Source: a virus (Duplodnaviria; Caudoviricetes). Taken from it: a DNA stretch of 64,000 bases. The stretch lies in IMG/VR virus record IMGVR_UViG_3300033073_001045, positions 32,001 through 96,000 of that record; one strand, written 5' to 3'. This document shows positions 10,469-21,164 of the stretch, piece by piece (positions within the stretch are counted from its first letter, which is position 1; every line of letters starts with the position of its first letter). Under the pieces are notes generated by a model. It saw nothing but the letters and a program-made list of their open reading frames with translations, had not been told where the DNA came from and did not search any database. A program made the translations under genes and the position numbers.

Positions 10469-10926
10469 TAGATTTCTTCCAGAGATATATCAACGTTCCA
10501 AAATTCTTGTGGGTCTAGTCCACTTTCCATCTTTACATTTCTTCTAATAACATTAAATGAGGCAGACTGAAAGAAGGCTGTAAATATCTCATCTCTAGCA
10601 GAGACTCCGTTGTAAGATACTTTTACCTTAAAAGAACCCTTTCCTTTATTTAAATAAAAGGTTTTAAGATCTTGAGCTCCCATTCCACCATCTATTGTCA
10701 TAGAAGAAAATGATGGAATCATGCTCCATGAGGTGCTAATAGTTTTTTTATCAGCAATATGAATTTTTCTTAATGAGCCATTTGCCATTCTTGCTGTTTG
10801 CTCATGCCTATATATATCTGTAGAAATAGCTGACCTATTATGCTCAGACAACTTTGTCCATGTTGGTGTACTAGTTGTTGAGGTATCAATAAACAATGCT
10901 GATCCTACTGGTAGTGTTAAGCTCAT
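10468..10926 (-). CDS. distal tail (Dit-like) protein
   Basis: Immediately follows the tape measure; RMANGSLR motif. Confidence 0.6.
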   Translation of the reverse strand: MSLTLPVGSALFIDTSTTSTPTWTKLSEHNRSAISTDIYRHEQTARMANGSLRKIHIADKKTISTSWSMIPSFSSMTIDGGMGAQDLKTFYLNKGKGSFKVKVSYNGVSARDEIFTAFFQSASFNVIRRNVKMESGLDPQEFWNVDISLEEI

Positions 10927-13900
10927 GTATTAATCCTCACGTTTTTAGAAGTTCCTACCATTTTAGCATTAGTTTTTATGCTATCCTGTAGGAACTCATA
11001 GGCTGCAACCTTTGCCTTCATTACTAATTGATCTTCATTCATTCCAGGCGCAGCATGAATATGTTGTGTATATTGAATTGTTGTTCCAGAGTGTTGCTGG
11101 GCGCTTCCCATTTGAAGTGCGGCTTTATTTACATCATATCTTGGAGAGCTAAATGGTATCTTTGCTAGGTTAGGAATAATCATTCCTCCAAACGCCATTT
11201 CTGGGCCACGGTCTCCAACAATTGTAGGGATGTTTGGATCTAGCTTCATTGTTCCGTATCCAGCTTTTTCTATATTCCAAGTATTATACTGTCCCTCTCC
11301 AGTTACTCTCCACTTTTTACCATTTTTATCTAGGAACTCAAGTCCCTTTCTAATTTGACCAGTCTGAATTCCAGCAGCATTTAGGTTGCCAGTACCTACT
11401 GTTGGATTTTTTGTGCTTGGGCTTATAGCAAAAGATATAGACTTCAAAGCTTGACCGTTCTTATCTACATTAGGACCAAGGTCAACTTTTTTACCATTGA
11501 TAATTATGTCTCCGCTGCCCATTGTAATTCCCTTTGAAGAAAGTGCGCTAGTAACTGCGTCAATCGGCTTACCCATCAATTTGAGAGCCTCAGATGCAAC
11601 ATCTACACCCTTTAAATCTCCCTTAATTACACCAGCAGCCTTGCCAGTTGTAAGGAGACTTGATGCATCCCCCTTGCCAGCCTTTGAATCCTTAATATAC
11701 TGATCTACAGTTTTGCCAGCAGCTATTGCATTCAAAACAAGTGTGGTCATTGCTTTATTAAAATCTTCTATCTTCTGTTTTTGTGTAGCAATCTTTTCAC
11801 CAAGTTTACCTAGATTTTCTGAAGCTAACGCAGCATTATCTGCAAGTTTTTCATTTGCTGAGTTTATTGCATCCATCTTTGCTTGAAGAGGTTTATTAGC
11901 GGCATCTCTAGCATTTTCGATAGCAGCTCTTTGAGAGTTGTACTGCATTGTACTCTGTATGCCCTTCATATCAAGGGACAACTGCTGTGCTTCTGCGGTA
12001 TTGCCTGTGGCTACTGCTGCTTCATATGCAGCCTTTTTCTTTTCAAGTTCTCTAGCTAAATCTGATTCTTGTTTTGCAGCATCAAGAGCTTTTAATCTAG
12101 CATCAGCAAGTTTATTATTTGCATCTATTTGCTTTTGTAGAGCTCTTAGCTGATCTCTTGTGCTAATTTGCTGAGCAACAGACTGACCCCTTGCTGCCTT
12201 TTGTAAAGCCTTATATTGATTTTCTAATTTACCAAGATAAGCGTATTGTTCTTTTAAAATACCAGTTTCATTTTGTTTTGCAATAGTAGCACTTGCAACA
12301 TCAGCTACTCTAGATAATGCAGCCACTGCTTCTGATCCAAGATTTGCAAGGTTGCCAGTAAATCCTTTAGCAGCTAGATTCATTTTTTGCCATAGGCTTA
12401 CTAGTGTATCGGCTGGATTAATAACCTTTTTAAGTGCTGGATTTTGTTTGATCATTTCTTCTCTGGTGGCTTGAGTTAATTTAACCTTTGATGCCTCAAG
12501 ATTATTTAATCTTTGTAACATTTTTTCTTGTGCTTCGTACTCTGTAAGAATCTTAGTATTACCAGTCTTGTCAGCCTTTGCTGCTTTTTTACTACGATCA
12601 ATTAAATCTTGGATGCCAGTATCAATTGCTGTCAATCCTGTATTTACTTGGTTTGCGCCTTCTCTTCCACCTTCTGACGCAGCAGTCTTATATCTAGATA
12701 CAGCTCTAGCAGCAGCATCTTGCTTTGTTTCAATTCTATTAAATCCAGCATTTTGAATTGTATAGCTAGATGCAGTTAAAGCTTTATTAGAAACTTTAAA
12801 CATTGCCCAGATTTTCTTTGTTGCTTCTTCTGCTGAAAGACCAGCAGCCATTAGTTGAACCTTTAAATCTTCTGCAAGTTTTTTAGTATTCTTTTCTCCC
12901 TTTGTTTGATTAATTAATTTAATTTGATCACTGTATGTTTCTTTAACTTCTTTTCTAAGCTTCTTATATTCTTCAATTGTCATTTTAATTGGGGTGCCAG
13001 CATTTTGCATGCTTTCGTATAGCAGTTGATTTTTTTCTCTTAAAGCTTGAATATTTGCAGCAGTCTCTGCTAGTTTACTGCTATAGTCTGTATACTTAAG
13101 CCCAGCTTTCTTTGCTGCCTCTGATGTAAGTCCATACTGTAGCATTCCAATTCTTAAATGCTCATTATGATCTTTCCATCTTTTATTTGCAATAATCAGT
13201 GCTGTGGCACCTATTCCAACTGCAAGATTTAAACGTGTAAGCGCCTTAAGTCCAAATCCAGCAAGTCTAGCAAATTTGCTTGTACTTCCAGATAGAGATT
13301 CAAGTTTACTTCCATACGATGTTAAGTTTCTTAAATCTTTACCATTAACAGAAACCCCTTCAACTGCTTTTGTTGCTCCTATTGGTGCAGTCCATTTACC
13401 CTTAGAGGTAATAGGTGCCTTAGATCCGCCACCGCCCATTGAACCCATTCCAAGCATAGAGCCAAGCATTGCTCCAATCATCTCACCGCCAGGGATACCG
13501 CTCATCTTTCCAAGTGTTTGACCGCCAAACATTCCAAGCATTTGCATCATCATTAGCTTAATCATTCCTCCAGCATTATATCCATTTGGAATAATGCCAC
13601 CAGAATTTCTTGGCACAAATATTTCTGGTCCATTTTCGCCAACAATATATGGTTTATTTCCAGATACTGGTCCGCCCATCTCTCTACCCTCAAGCTTAAA
13701 AATTAATTGTTTTAATGAATCTGTTAATGGGGTTTCTTTCTTTGACTCCCAATTGACATACTTCTTTTTAAGTATGTCTCTATCTATGTCAGATAGCCTT
13801 CTACGAGCCTCTGGAGCCGATAAGAGAGACGATGCGGCAGACCTTATAACAGAGTCTAGAACGCTTGGTTCTAAGGCCTTTATTAGGCTTCCAGCGGCGT

Positions 13901-16900
13901 TCTTAGTATATCCATATGGCATCTCTTTAGCTAATTCTGCTGCAAATTTATCATACAAGAAATTTTGAGCCCTCTTTGTTAAACCACTCTTGCCAAATAA
14001 TTTTTCGCCCATTCCAATTGTTAATGAGTTTACGCCCCATGGAGCTGACTGATACATGCCTGGCTTTGGCTCTCCAGTTGGTCCAAATCCAGCACCAATT
14101 CTAAACATTGCTCTACCTTTTGTTACATTTCCAATTAAACCACCAATTGCAAATCCATTTGCTGCTGTTTTAAATGCAGCATCTGATAAGCTAACAGAAT
14201 GACCTGATTGTCTACGCTTAAGTTCATCTGCAGCTAACAATTTTGCAATTGCTGCTGGAGTCATAGGCTTGGCTTCTGAAACCTTTACAGATGAATGAAT
14301 ACCGTGAAGTTCTCTCCAATTTACAGATCTTGCATCAGATAATCTTTTTATCATTGCGTTATAAATTACTTTTTCTTCTGCATTTAAATCAAAAGAAGAA
14401 ATTGTTTGTTTTAATTTTGGAAGTGCTTTGTCTATTTCTTTTATCATTCTGTCATGATATTGATCTGCAGTCATACTCTTTGGTACATCGACTGTTGCCT
14501 CGGCAAAGAATTTTTTAGCACCACCCTTTACACCAAGCAAATTAATAACAGCCTGATCTTTCATTGAAGGCATAGTTGCAGAGTAATCTCTTAATCCAGA
14601 AGCAGCGCTAAATACACCAGCTGGTCCAACATCGGCCAAAATATCTCCAGAAAGATTTCCTTTGGCTAAATCTTTATCTCCACGCAATGCAGAGGCAACT
14701 AACTGTTTAAAATATTGATCTGTTGTAAATTTTCCATCTTGCTTTGCAAAGGCTTCATCATATTTAGATTCAAGAGCAAGTAGTCTTCTTTTACCCATTG
14801 GGTCTGTTGGGTCATTTATTACAACAACTTTTTGTTTTGGAGATTTTAGTCCGTGGACATCACGAGCAATTTGTGTTGCTCTTAGTTCTGCTAGAGCAGC
14901 CTTTTCATCAAGAACTGGCTTTACAAATACTTTATCTCCACCCTTTGAATATATACCACCAATTCCTGGAACTGGGAAGCTTCTCCCAGATGTAGGCTCA
15001 AGCAAATCATCATATTGAGTTACTGGCTTATGTGCAAATCTTGATTCTGCAACAGCAGCACTTGCTTTCTCCATTGCAATTTTCATAGCTCTTTGCTGTT
15101 CAACTTGTTTAATTGCTCTAGGCATTCCTAAAAATAGTCTGCCTACTCCACCACCGCCAAATAATTTTTGTGCAAATATTTGTCCACCACTATTTGCTGC
15201 ACGTTCAAGGTGTGCAAATCCAAGAGCTCTAGATGCTGCTCCCCTTCTCATAAGTTTAAATAAACTTGGGAGTGAAATTATTCCTTTACTTCTATCTAAA
15301 ATTGCTTGAGGTACAGTTGTTCCAAATCTTTTTAGCCAAGCATTATCTTGTAGCTTAATAGCTTTATCTGTCATTAGTACTTCGTCTGGGAAGTAAGAGA
15401 AAGATCTTTGTCCCTTAATCATTAATGCTCTTCTTACATCATTAGCGGCTAGATTTAAATCGGCTTCTCCCCAAAATGCTTGTCCAAAGTTACCAGCAGC
15501 CTTATAACCCCATTTTGCATCTGGGCTTGTATGTGTACTGTGTAAGTTTGTAGCTGATACCTTGCCGTATTTATCAATTACCCAATTACCATTCTTTGAT
15601 TCAAATCCTAAATCTTTAAATAGCCTATCTACAAAATCTTTACCGCCAAATTTATCTGGATTATTTCTTATATGATCAAGCATTTCTGCAGTAGGTCTAG
15701 CATCACTTGCACCTATTCTTGCAGCCGCATTGGTATTAAGTTGTCTACGCTTTAATGGCTCTAGTCCAGCATTTGCATCTTTTACAATTTTAACTGCTTT
15801 TACAAATTGCTTTTCTCTTATCTTTCTCCAAGCATTTTTATCTATAGTACCATTTTCAGTCATTGCGCCTTTAGGTTTAGGCAGCATAGCCTCTTCATAA
15901 TTTTGTGTAGCTATTCTAACAGCATCATCAATTGCAATTCCTTTATTATTTAATACTGTTGCATCATGCATTATACTTCTATGCTGTAGTTCTTTTTGCC
16001 ATCCACCATTTTGCATTGCATTTTGATATCTTTCTTGTAAACGAAGAATTTTTTTCCATGTTGTCCAATCTGGATTTCCACCAGACTCCAAACCAAATCC
16101 AGTTTTTCCAGGACCTCCATTTAGCGCATACATCAATGGCATATTTTTTTGTGCAATGTCTGCAGGAACAACTGCTTCTCCTGGAGTCAATACGACAGGT
16201 ACGTTTCCTCCAGAATTTCTATATACTGGTCTTCCACCAAGTAAATCTTGAATTATTGGCATGTTTGCCTGTGTACCAGCTTTATTTATTACAAACGATC
16301 CAGCCTCTGCTGTTGTATGATACGTGTCAGTATTTCCAGTTCCTGGAACAATTCCACCCTTTGCAAGCTTAGGCTTTGTTGTTTGAATATTATATCCAGC
16401 TCCAGAAGTTCTAACGCCACCAAGCGCTCTTGCAATTCTATCTGCTATTTCTTTTGTTGTTCCCTTATGAAACATTTCTTTCATGTTTGACTTGCCAGTA
16501 ACTGGATCAACAACTGGCTGTGATGTTAATGGTACTGTAGTTAAATTTGCAACTCTTCCCATAGATGCGGCAGTCATGCTTGCTGTCTCTGCAAGCATCG
16601 CTTCTACTGTTGCGTTGAGCTGAATTATTTTTGCTCTTGCCTGATCTACTGTTATTTTATTTGCTTGAACTTCAGCAACTATAGCCTGAACTTCTCTTGC
16701 AGCCAAATCTGTTATTTCAGAGAACTGAGGAAGTAGGGCCTGATATGCATCTGTTAAACTAGAAGTCACTGTTCCAGTTGCCATTACTTCTGTCTTAAGG
16801 GCTTTTATTTCTGCTTCTGACTGCATGGCAATTGCAGCTGTCATCGCATGCCACTTAGCAGCCTCCTGGGCAACAATTCCAGTAGATGTGCCATTAATCG

Positions 16901-19070
16901 ATGTGACTCCAGGAATTTTTGGCATATCGTCGCTCATATATGCCTGTGGATTTTTACCAATTCTAATATTTACTGGCTTTGAACCTGGAACTGTTCCAAA
17001 AATTGTTCCCATCTGTGCAATTCCAGAAGGAATTAAATGCGACATGTCTCTTGAGTGTGGTTTACCTACAAGTGGATTATCTTTATCTACAACTCTTCCA
17101 CCAGCGCTACCTGCTGCAAGCACTGTTCCAGCAACCGTTGATATCGCAGGTTGAACTGCAACCTTTGCTGAATTTGCTTTTGTTTCTAAATCTGCTAAAG
17201 ATTGTGTAAGAGTATTTACAGCATTTGATAATACTATTGTTGCTTCTGAGTCAGAATAAAATGTTGTTGCAAGTCCTTTAGCGGCAGCATCTGCAGCAAT
17301 AATCTCTGGAGTTAATAACTTAAATCCTTGTCCGCCCTTAGCTATTTGGCGAAGATGAAATATTCCTTTGATTACATATCCAATAAAGTTGCCCATAACA
17401 CCAGTAAGCATGATGAGTGGACCTGCAATTGCTGTGAGTCCGCCAAGTGCATTTAAAAATGTTTTAACTGGACCAGGAAGATTTTCAAAAAACTTAATAA
17501 TTCCATCAACAACCTTTAATACTTTTGTGCTTACTTTTAAGAACTGTTCGCCAGCTTGAGCAAGATCAGCTTGAACTGTAGCCCAGGCTCTCTTAAATTG
17601 ACCAGATGCTGACTCTGTCATCATCTTTAATTCTCGTTCTGATATGCTAGCTAAATCAGATACACTAGCTTTCATTAAGTCCATAACCTGCAATGTTTGA
17701 GATCCAGATTTACCAAGGTTTTCAAAAAGTGCAGACATTCTTGCATATTGAAACTTTCCAAATAGCTGTTCAATTGCTCTTGACTTCTGCAATGGGTTTA
17801 GTTGATCCAACGCAGATTGTAAATCAAGAATTGTTTGTGTTAAATTTCCAGCATTTGACGAAACAATTTGTTCAAGGTTAATTCCAAATCCAGTAAACAT
17901 TTCTTTAGCAACTTTTGTTGGATTGATGAGTGAAGCCATTGCTGACTTAATAGCATTTGCACCTTCTGAGGCATTTACTCCACCTTCTTTCATTGCTGTA
18001 AGATAAAGGGCTAAGTCTTTTACATCCCCACCAAGAGACTTAACAACTGGACCAGCTTTTGGAATTGCTTCAACTAAATCTGCAAGGCTTGTTGATGTTT
18101 GGTTTTCAACTGCGTTAAGGAAGTCAATAGACTCTGTTAGCTGATCTGTATTTTGTTTAAATGCATTTTGAATAGCAAGTGTTGCCTTCATTGCATCTTG
18201 TCGCTCTACTTCTCCAAGCACTGCAAGTCTAGATGTTTGTCTTGTTGCTTCTAGCAGCGCATTGCCTTGCTGACCAGTTGCTGCGAGGTCAGCAGCAAGA
18301 GCGATAGTATCTTTATAAGCAACACCATATGAACTTGCTATCTCTTTTGCTGTAGCAGAAACATCTTTTCTTACTTTTGCAAGATCTTGTGAGGATACTG
18401 CAGCGAGACCTCCATAAACTTTTGTTAATCTTACAAGTTCTTGATCTGCTTCTCTAAATGCTTTTTGTGCTGCAGCTCCAAATGCAACAAGAGGAACTGT
18501 TAGACCAACTGTTAATTGTCGACCAGCCCACTGTGTATTTTTACCCCAGTTAATTAATTGATTTGATCCATCAAGCATTACCTTGTTCATAATCGCAGCT
18601 TCTTGTCTTGCGATTGCCATCTTGTTTTTTACTTCGTCAAGGCCCTTTGCAACCATAATATTGTATTGCATTATTCCCTGTGCATTTTTACCAACAGGTT
18701 GTACTATGGCTTGCTGTAGCATGACCTGCTGTTTAGCAAGATCTCTAATTAATGTGCTTGTTTTTTTAGTGTGGCCGTTCCAAGCGTTATAATATTCGTT
18801 TAGCTTAAGACGGCCACGATCTAAATTTTTACCAAACTTTTCTACATCTGATGATAGAGAAACAAAGTGTGAAGAAAATTGCCCAGTAGATCTCATTGTT
18901 TCCGCAAATGATTTATTCATTACGGCAATTTGATTTGCTAGCTTAGAGTTTGTTCCAGCTGTTGTTTCTTGCAGTTTTATGAGTTGGGCAGTAGTTGCAG
19001 CTAGCTGTGTTCGTAAACTGCTAAAATCTGCATTGGCGGTAATGTTGGTCGTGATCAAATTATCTGCCAT
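10923..19070 (-). CDS. tape measure protein with internal cargo domains
   Basis: 2715 aa, Ala-rich helical; TP901-type TMP core (LTVGLTVPL...NAVENQTSTSL.DL); GG...GE.GPE motifs; follows the tail chaperones. Confidence 0.92.
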   Translation of the reverse strand: MADNLITTNITANADFSSLRTQLAATTAQLIKLQETTAGTNSKLANQIAVMNKSFAETMRSTGQFSSHFVSLSSDVEKFGKNLDRGRLKLNEYYNAWNGHTKKTSTLIRDLAKQQVMLQQAIVQPVGKNAQGIMQYNIMVAKGLDEVKNKMAIARQEAAIMNKVMLDGSNQLINWGKNTQWAGRQLTVGLTVPLVAFGAAAQKAFREADQELVRLTKVYGGLAAVSSQDLAKVRKDVSATAKEIASSYGVAYKDTIALAADLAATGQQGNALLEATRQTSRLAVLGEVERQDAMKATLAIQNAFKQNTDQLTESIDFLNAVENQTSTSLADLVEAIPKAGPVVKSLGGDVKDLALYLTAMKEGGVNASEGANAIKSAMASLINPTKVAKEMFTGFGINLEQIVSSNAGNLTQTILDLQSALDQLNPLQKSRAIEQLFGKFQYARMSALFENLGKSGSQTLQVMDLMKASVSDLASISERELKMMTESASGQFKRAWATVQADLAQAGEQFLKVSTKVLKVVDGIIKFFENLPGPVKTFLNALGGLTAIAGPLIMLTGVMGNFIGYVIKGIFHLRQIAKGGQGFKLLTPEIIAADAAAKGLATTFYSDSEATIVLSNAVNTLTQSLADLETKANSAKVAVQPAISTVAGTVLAAGSAGGRVVDKDNPLVGKPHSRDMSHLIPSGIAQMGTIFGTVPGSKPVNIRIGKNPQAYMSDDMPKIPGVTSINGTSTGIVAQEAAKWHAMTAAIAMQSEAEIKALKTEVMATGTVTSSLTDAYQALLPQFSEITDLAAREVQAIVAEVQANKITVDQARAKIIQLNATVEAMLAETASMTAASMGRVANLTTVPLTSQPVVDPVTGKSNMKEMFHKGTTKEIADRIARALGGVRTSGAGYNIQTTKPKLAKGGIVPGTGNTDTYHTTAEAGSFVINKAGTQANMPIIQDLLGGRPVYRNSGGNVPVVLTPGEAVVPADIAQKNMPLMYALNGGPGKTGFGLESGGNPDWTTWKKILRLQERYQNAMQNGGWQKELQHRSIMHDATVLNNKGIAIDDAVRIATQNYEEAMLPKPKGAMTENGTIDKNAWRKIREKQFVKAVKIVKDANAGLEPLKRRQLNTNAAARIGASDARPTAEMLDHIRNNPDKFGGKDFVDRLFKDLGFESKNGNWVIDKYGKVSATNLHSTHTSPDAKWGYKAAGNFGQAFWGEADLNLAANDVRRALMIKGQRSFSYFPDEVLMTDKAIKLQDNAWLKRFGTTVPQAILDRSKGIISLPSLFKLMRRGAASRALGFAHLERAANSGGQIFAQKLFGGGGVGRLFLGMPRAIKQVEQQRAMKIAMEKASAAVAESRFAHKPVTQYDDLLEPTSGRSFPVPGIGGIYSKGGDKVFVKPVLDEKAALAELRATQIARDVHGLKSPKQKVVVINDPTDPMGKRRLLALESKYDEAFAKQDGKFTTDQYFKQLVASALRGDKDLAKGNLSGDILADVGPAGVFSAASGLRDYSATMPSMKDQAVINLLGVKGGAKKFFAEATVDVPKSMTADQYHDRMIKEIDKALPKLKQTISSFDLNAEEKVIYNAMIKRLSDARSVNWRELHGIHSSVKVSEAKPMTPAAIAKLLAADELKRRQSGHSVSLSDAAFKTAANGFAIGGLIGNVTKGRAMFRIGAGFGPTGEPKPGMYQSAPWGVNSLTIGMGEKLFGKSGLTKRAQNFLYDKFAAELAKEMPYGYTKNAAGSLIKALEPSVLDSVIRSAASSLLSAPEARRRLSDIDRDILKKKYVNWESKKETPLTDSLKQLIFKLEGREMGGPVSGNKPYIVGENGPEIFVPRNSGGIIPNGYNAGGMIKLMMMQMLGMFGGQTLGKMSGIPGGEMIGAMLGSMLGMGSMGGGGSKAPITSKGKWTAPIGATKAVEGVSVNGKDLRNLTSYGSKLESLSGSTSKFARLAGFGLKALTRLNLAVGIGATALIIANKRWKDHNEHLRIGMLQYGLTSEAAKKAGLKYTDYSSKLAETAANIQALREKNQLLYESMQNAGTPIKMTIEEYKKLRKEVKETYSDQIKLINQTKGEKNTKKLAEDLKVQLMAAGLSAEEATKKIWAMFKVSNKALTASSYTIQNAGFNRIETKQDAAARAVSRYKTAASEGGREGANQVNTGLTAIDTGIQDLIDRSKKAAKADKTGNTKILTEYEAQEKMLQRLNNLEASKVKLTQATREEMIKQNPALKKVINPADTLVSLWQKMNLAAKGFTGNLANLGSEAVAALSRVADVASATIAKQNETGILKEQYAYLGKLENQYKALQKAARGQSVAQQISTRDQLRALQKQIDANNKLADARLKALDAAKQESDLARELEKKKAAYEAAVATGNTAEAQQLSLDMKGIQSTMQYNSQRAAIENARDAANKPLQAKMDAINSANEKLADNAALASENLGKLGEKIATQKQKIEDFNKAMTTLVLNAIAAGKTVDQYIKDSKAGKGDASSLLTTGKAAGVIKGDLKGVDVASEALKLMGKPIDAVTSALSSKGITMGSGDIIINGKKVDLGPNVDKNGQALKSISFAISPSTKNPTVGTGNLNAAGIQTGQIRKGLEFLDKNGKKWRVTGEGQYNTWNIEKAGYGTMKLDPNIPTIVGDRGPEMAFGGMIIPNLAKIPFSSPRYDVNKAALQMGSAQQHSGTTIQYTQHIHAAPGMNEDQLVMKAKVAAYEFLQDSIKTNAKMVGTSKNVRINT

Positions 19071-19079
19071 GTATATATG

Positions 19080-19741
19080 TTACTCCCTGCGGTATCCTAA
19101 TCCTGCTCCGATACCAAATCCAGCTTCCGCTGCAAACTCTCCTTGAAGTGATGCAACATCATCTGCTGATGCCGTTATTCCAAGGGCCCTTCTTCTTATA
19201 TCTTCAAATGAAGACTTAGCCTCATCTGTATTATCTTCATTTAAATCAATGCCTTGTATTGATGCCAGGAATTTTCTTTTCTCTGATTCAGTTTTTTGCA
19301 TTGATTTAATTGTCTGGATAAGCTCTGGCATTGAAAGATTTTCTTCTATTTCTTCGTAATTTTTCCAATTACCTAAAAGAAAAACTTCTCCTTCTAAAGC
19401 GGCTAGATCTAGTTCTGTCCAGCCAGTACTGCTGCCGCTAGAAGGTTTGGGTCGTCCATCTTAATTCCACCGCATACTTCAAGAATACGATTAATTGTTG
19501 GGACATCTAATGTGTCTTCAAATGCATCTTTATCTGCTACAAGATCTGGTAGCTGTTTACGTAAAGCAATTCCACATGCTTCAATAAGGATTGTTAGTGT
19601 TTCGTCTTCTGTTTTTACTTCTTGCGTCTTTTCAATTACCTTCATAAAATCACGAAGCTCTTTAATTGTTAAAGGCTTGAGTTTTACGACTGAACCATTT
19701 TGTAGTTGAATTTCTTCAACATCATATACTGTAGTTGCCAA
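19080..19741 (-). CDS. tail assembly chaperone, frameshifted long form (G-T type)
   Basis: The -1 frame from C CCA AAC reads PSSGSSTGWTELDLAALEGEVFLLGNWKNYEEIEENLS directly into the 83-aa ORF 19080..19331. Confidence 0.8.
19409..19741 (-). CDS. tail assembly chaperone, short form
   Basis: 110 aa between major tail and tape measure; LKPLTIKELR motif. Confidence 0.85.
   Translation of the reverse strand: MATTVYDVEEIQLQNGSVVKLKPLTIKELRDFMKVIEKTQEVKTEDETLTILIEACGIALRKQLPDLVADKDAFEDTLDVPTINRILEVCGGIKMDDPNLLAAAVLAGQN
19445..19451 (-). other. -1 ribosomal frameshift slippery heptamer CCCAAAC
   Basis: X XXY YYZ in the correct frame (gaC CCA AAC) near the chaperone 3' end; the -1 frame is open. Confidence 0.8.
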
Positions 19742-19796
19742 TTTATCCTCCTAGGATTTTGTCTTAATTATTGTATCATATACAAAATACAAGGGC

Positions 19797-19826
19797 AATA
19801 GAAAGCCCCCTAATTTCTTAGGGGGC
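19797..19826 (-). terminator. intrinsic terminator after major tail gene
   Basis: GCCCCCTAA-gaaa-TTAGGGGGC followed by TTTCTATT. Confidence 0.8.
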
Positions 19827-19849
19827 ATCTATTAATTAAATTATTTTAA

Positions 19850-20536
19850 TTAGACTGTCAAAACACGGTCTACGATGAAACCGTATTCCTGACCAGCGTT
19901 TGCTGAGTCACCTGATGGAAGCAAACGGAATGTAACTGGGAATGTTGATGCTGCGTTACGAGCCAAAGAGAACTGTGACTGCTGTACAGAAAGAACACGA
20001 CGTGCATAATATACACGCTCAGTTGCTGTTGCCTCTGATGTTGGTGCCTGACCTACTGCAATAAGCTGACGCTCTGTTGGAGCCTCACCAAGTGCACCAC
20101 CAGCAAGACCGAGTTTGTCTGTTGCTGTTAGTCCTGTTCCTGATGATGCCAATGTTGTTGAGCGCTGACCAAATACAGCTAGAACGTTCTCAAGAGTACC
20201 TTCTGCCATTTCTGTTGCGATCATAACTTCCATTGACTCCTTGAAGAGCTTTGCTGTATCAAGAAGCTGATCTACTGTTACTGAACCGTATGATGGGTTG
20301 TATGTAACCTGAAGACCGTTATTTGTGTAACCTACGTTACGATATCCAAATGTACCAGCTGTCTGGTCGATATCATTAAGTGTTTTGGTAAAAGAGATAC
20401 CAGACTCATAAGCGTAATCGCCCTGACCTGGTTCTGCATTTTGCACATAGTCTGAATCGGTTACGTCAATGTTTGAAATAAACAATGGTGACGCACCAAC
20501 AAGAATATTTTTAGCATTACCTACGTTTTGTGCCAT
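19850..20536 (-). CDS. major tail (tube) protein
   Basis: 228 aa; VGYTNNGL.V.Y.P...V.VDQ pattern; biased codon use; own terminator. Confidence 0.85.
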   Translation of the reverse strand: MAQNVGNAKNILVGASPLFISNIDVTDSDYVQNAEPGQGDYAYESGISFTKTLNDIDQTAGTFGYRNVGYTNNGLQVTYNPSYGSVTVDQLLDTAKLFKESMEVMIATEMAEGTLENVLAVFGQRSTTLASSGTGLTATDKLGLAGGALGEAPTERQLIAVGQAPTSEATATERVYYARRVLSVQQSQFSLARNAASTFPVTFRLLPSGDSANAGQEYGFIVDRVLTV

Positions 20537-20654
20537 GTTGTAAAACCTCCTGTTAAATAAATAAATATATATATATTGATTTTTTCAAATCAAAAGCTGG
20601 CTAGGCCCTTTTCCTCTATGTCTAATTTTAGAGCACAATACTCTAAAAAGCAAC

Positions 20655-21164
20655 TTAGGCGAAGCGTCCTAGTCGATCAGTAATTCTTGAATATTTTACC
20701 TCAATCATTACATCTGTTGATAGGAACCCCTGGAGCTCTTGGGAGGGCTCTGTTGGGGTAGTTTCGATAACCATAGTATTATGGAATATGATTTTATTTG
20801 TATTTCTTGATAAGTTTAAGTCTCTTGCCGAATCGTCCATTCTTCTAAATACGTCTAGCATAAGGTTTCTAATGGCATTAATTTCTGAGACATCTGTTGA
20901 ATATATTGTAAATAAAAGCTTCTCGCAGCATATTAGCCAGTTGTCCTCATATGTCATTCCTACCTTATCGTAGACGATATGAGTCTTCCCGCTCAAAAAT
21001 TGATTAAGCTCTGGTGATTGCTGGACTGGAATAATTGGAATTATCTCGTTCCCAGTATTTTCAATATAATAATCTGAAGACTTAACTAGTTTATTAAGTA
21101 CTAGCTCTTCCCAGAGGTGCCTTCTTATTTCATACATAGCGTCTATGTTATAGTCGATTGTCAT
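20655..21164 (-). CDS. tail terminator-like protein
   Basis: Size and position just before the major tail gene. Confidence 0.55.
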   Translation of the reverse strand: MTIDYNIDAMYEIRRHLWEELVLNKLVKSSDYYIENTGNEIIPIIPVQQSPELNQFLSGKTHIVYDKVGMTYEDNWLICCEKLLFTIYSTDVSEINAIRNLMLDVFRRMDDSARDLNLSRNTNKIIFHNTMVIETTPTEPSQELQGFLSTDVMIEVKYSRITDRLGRFA

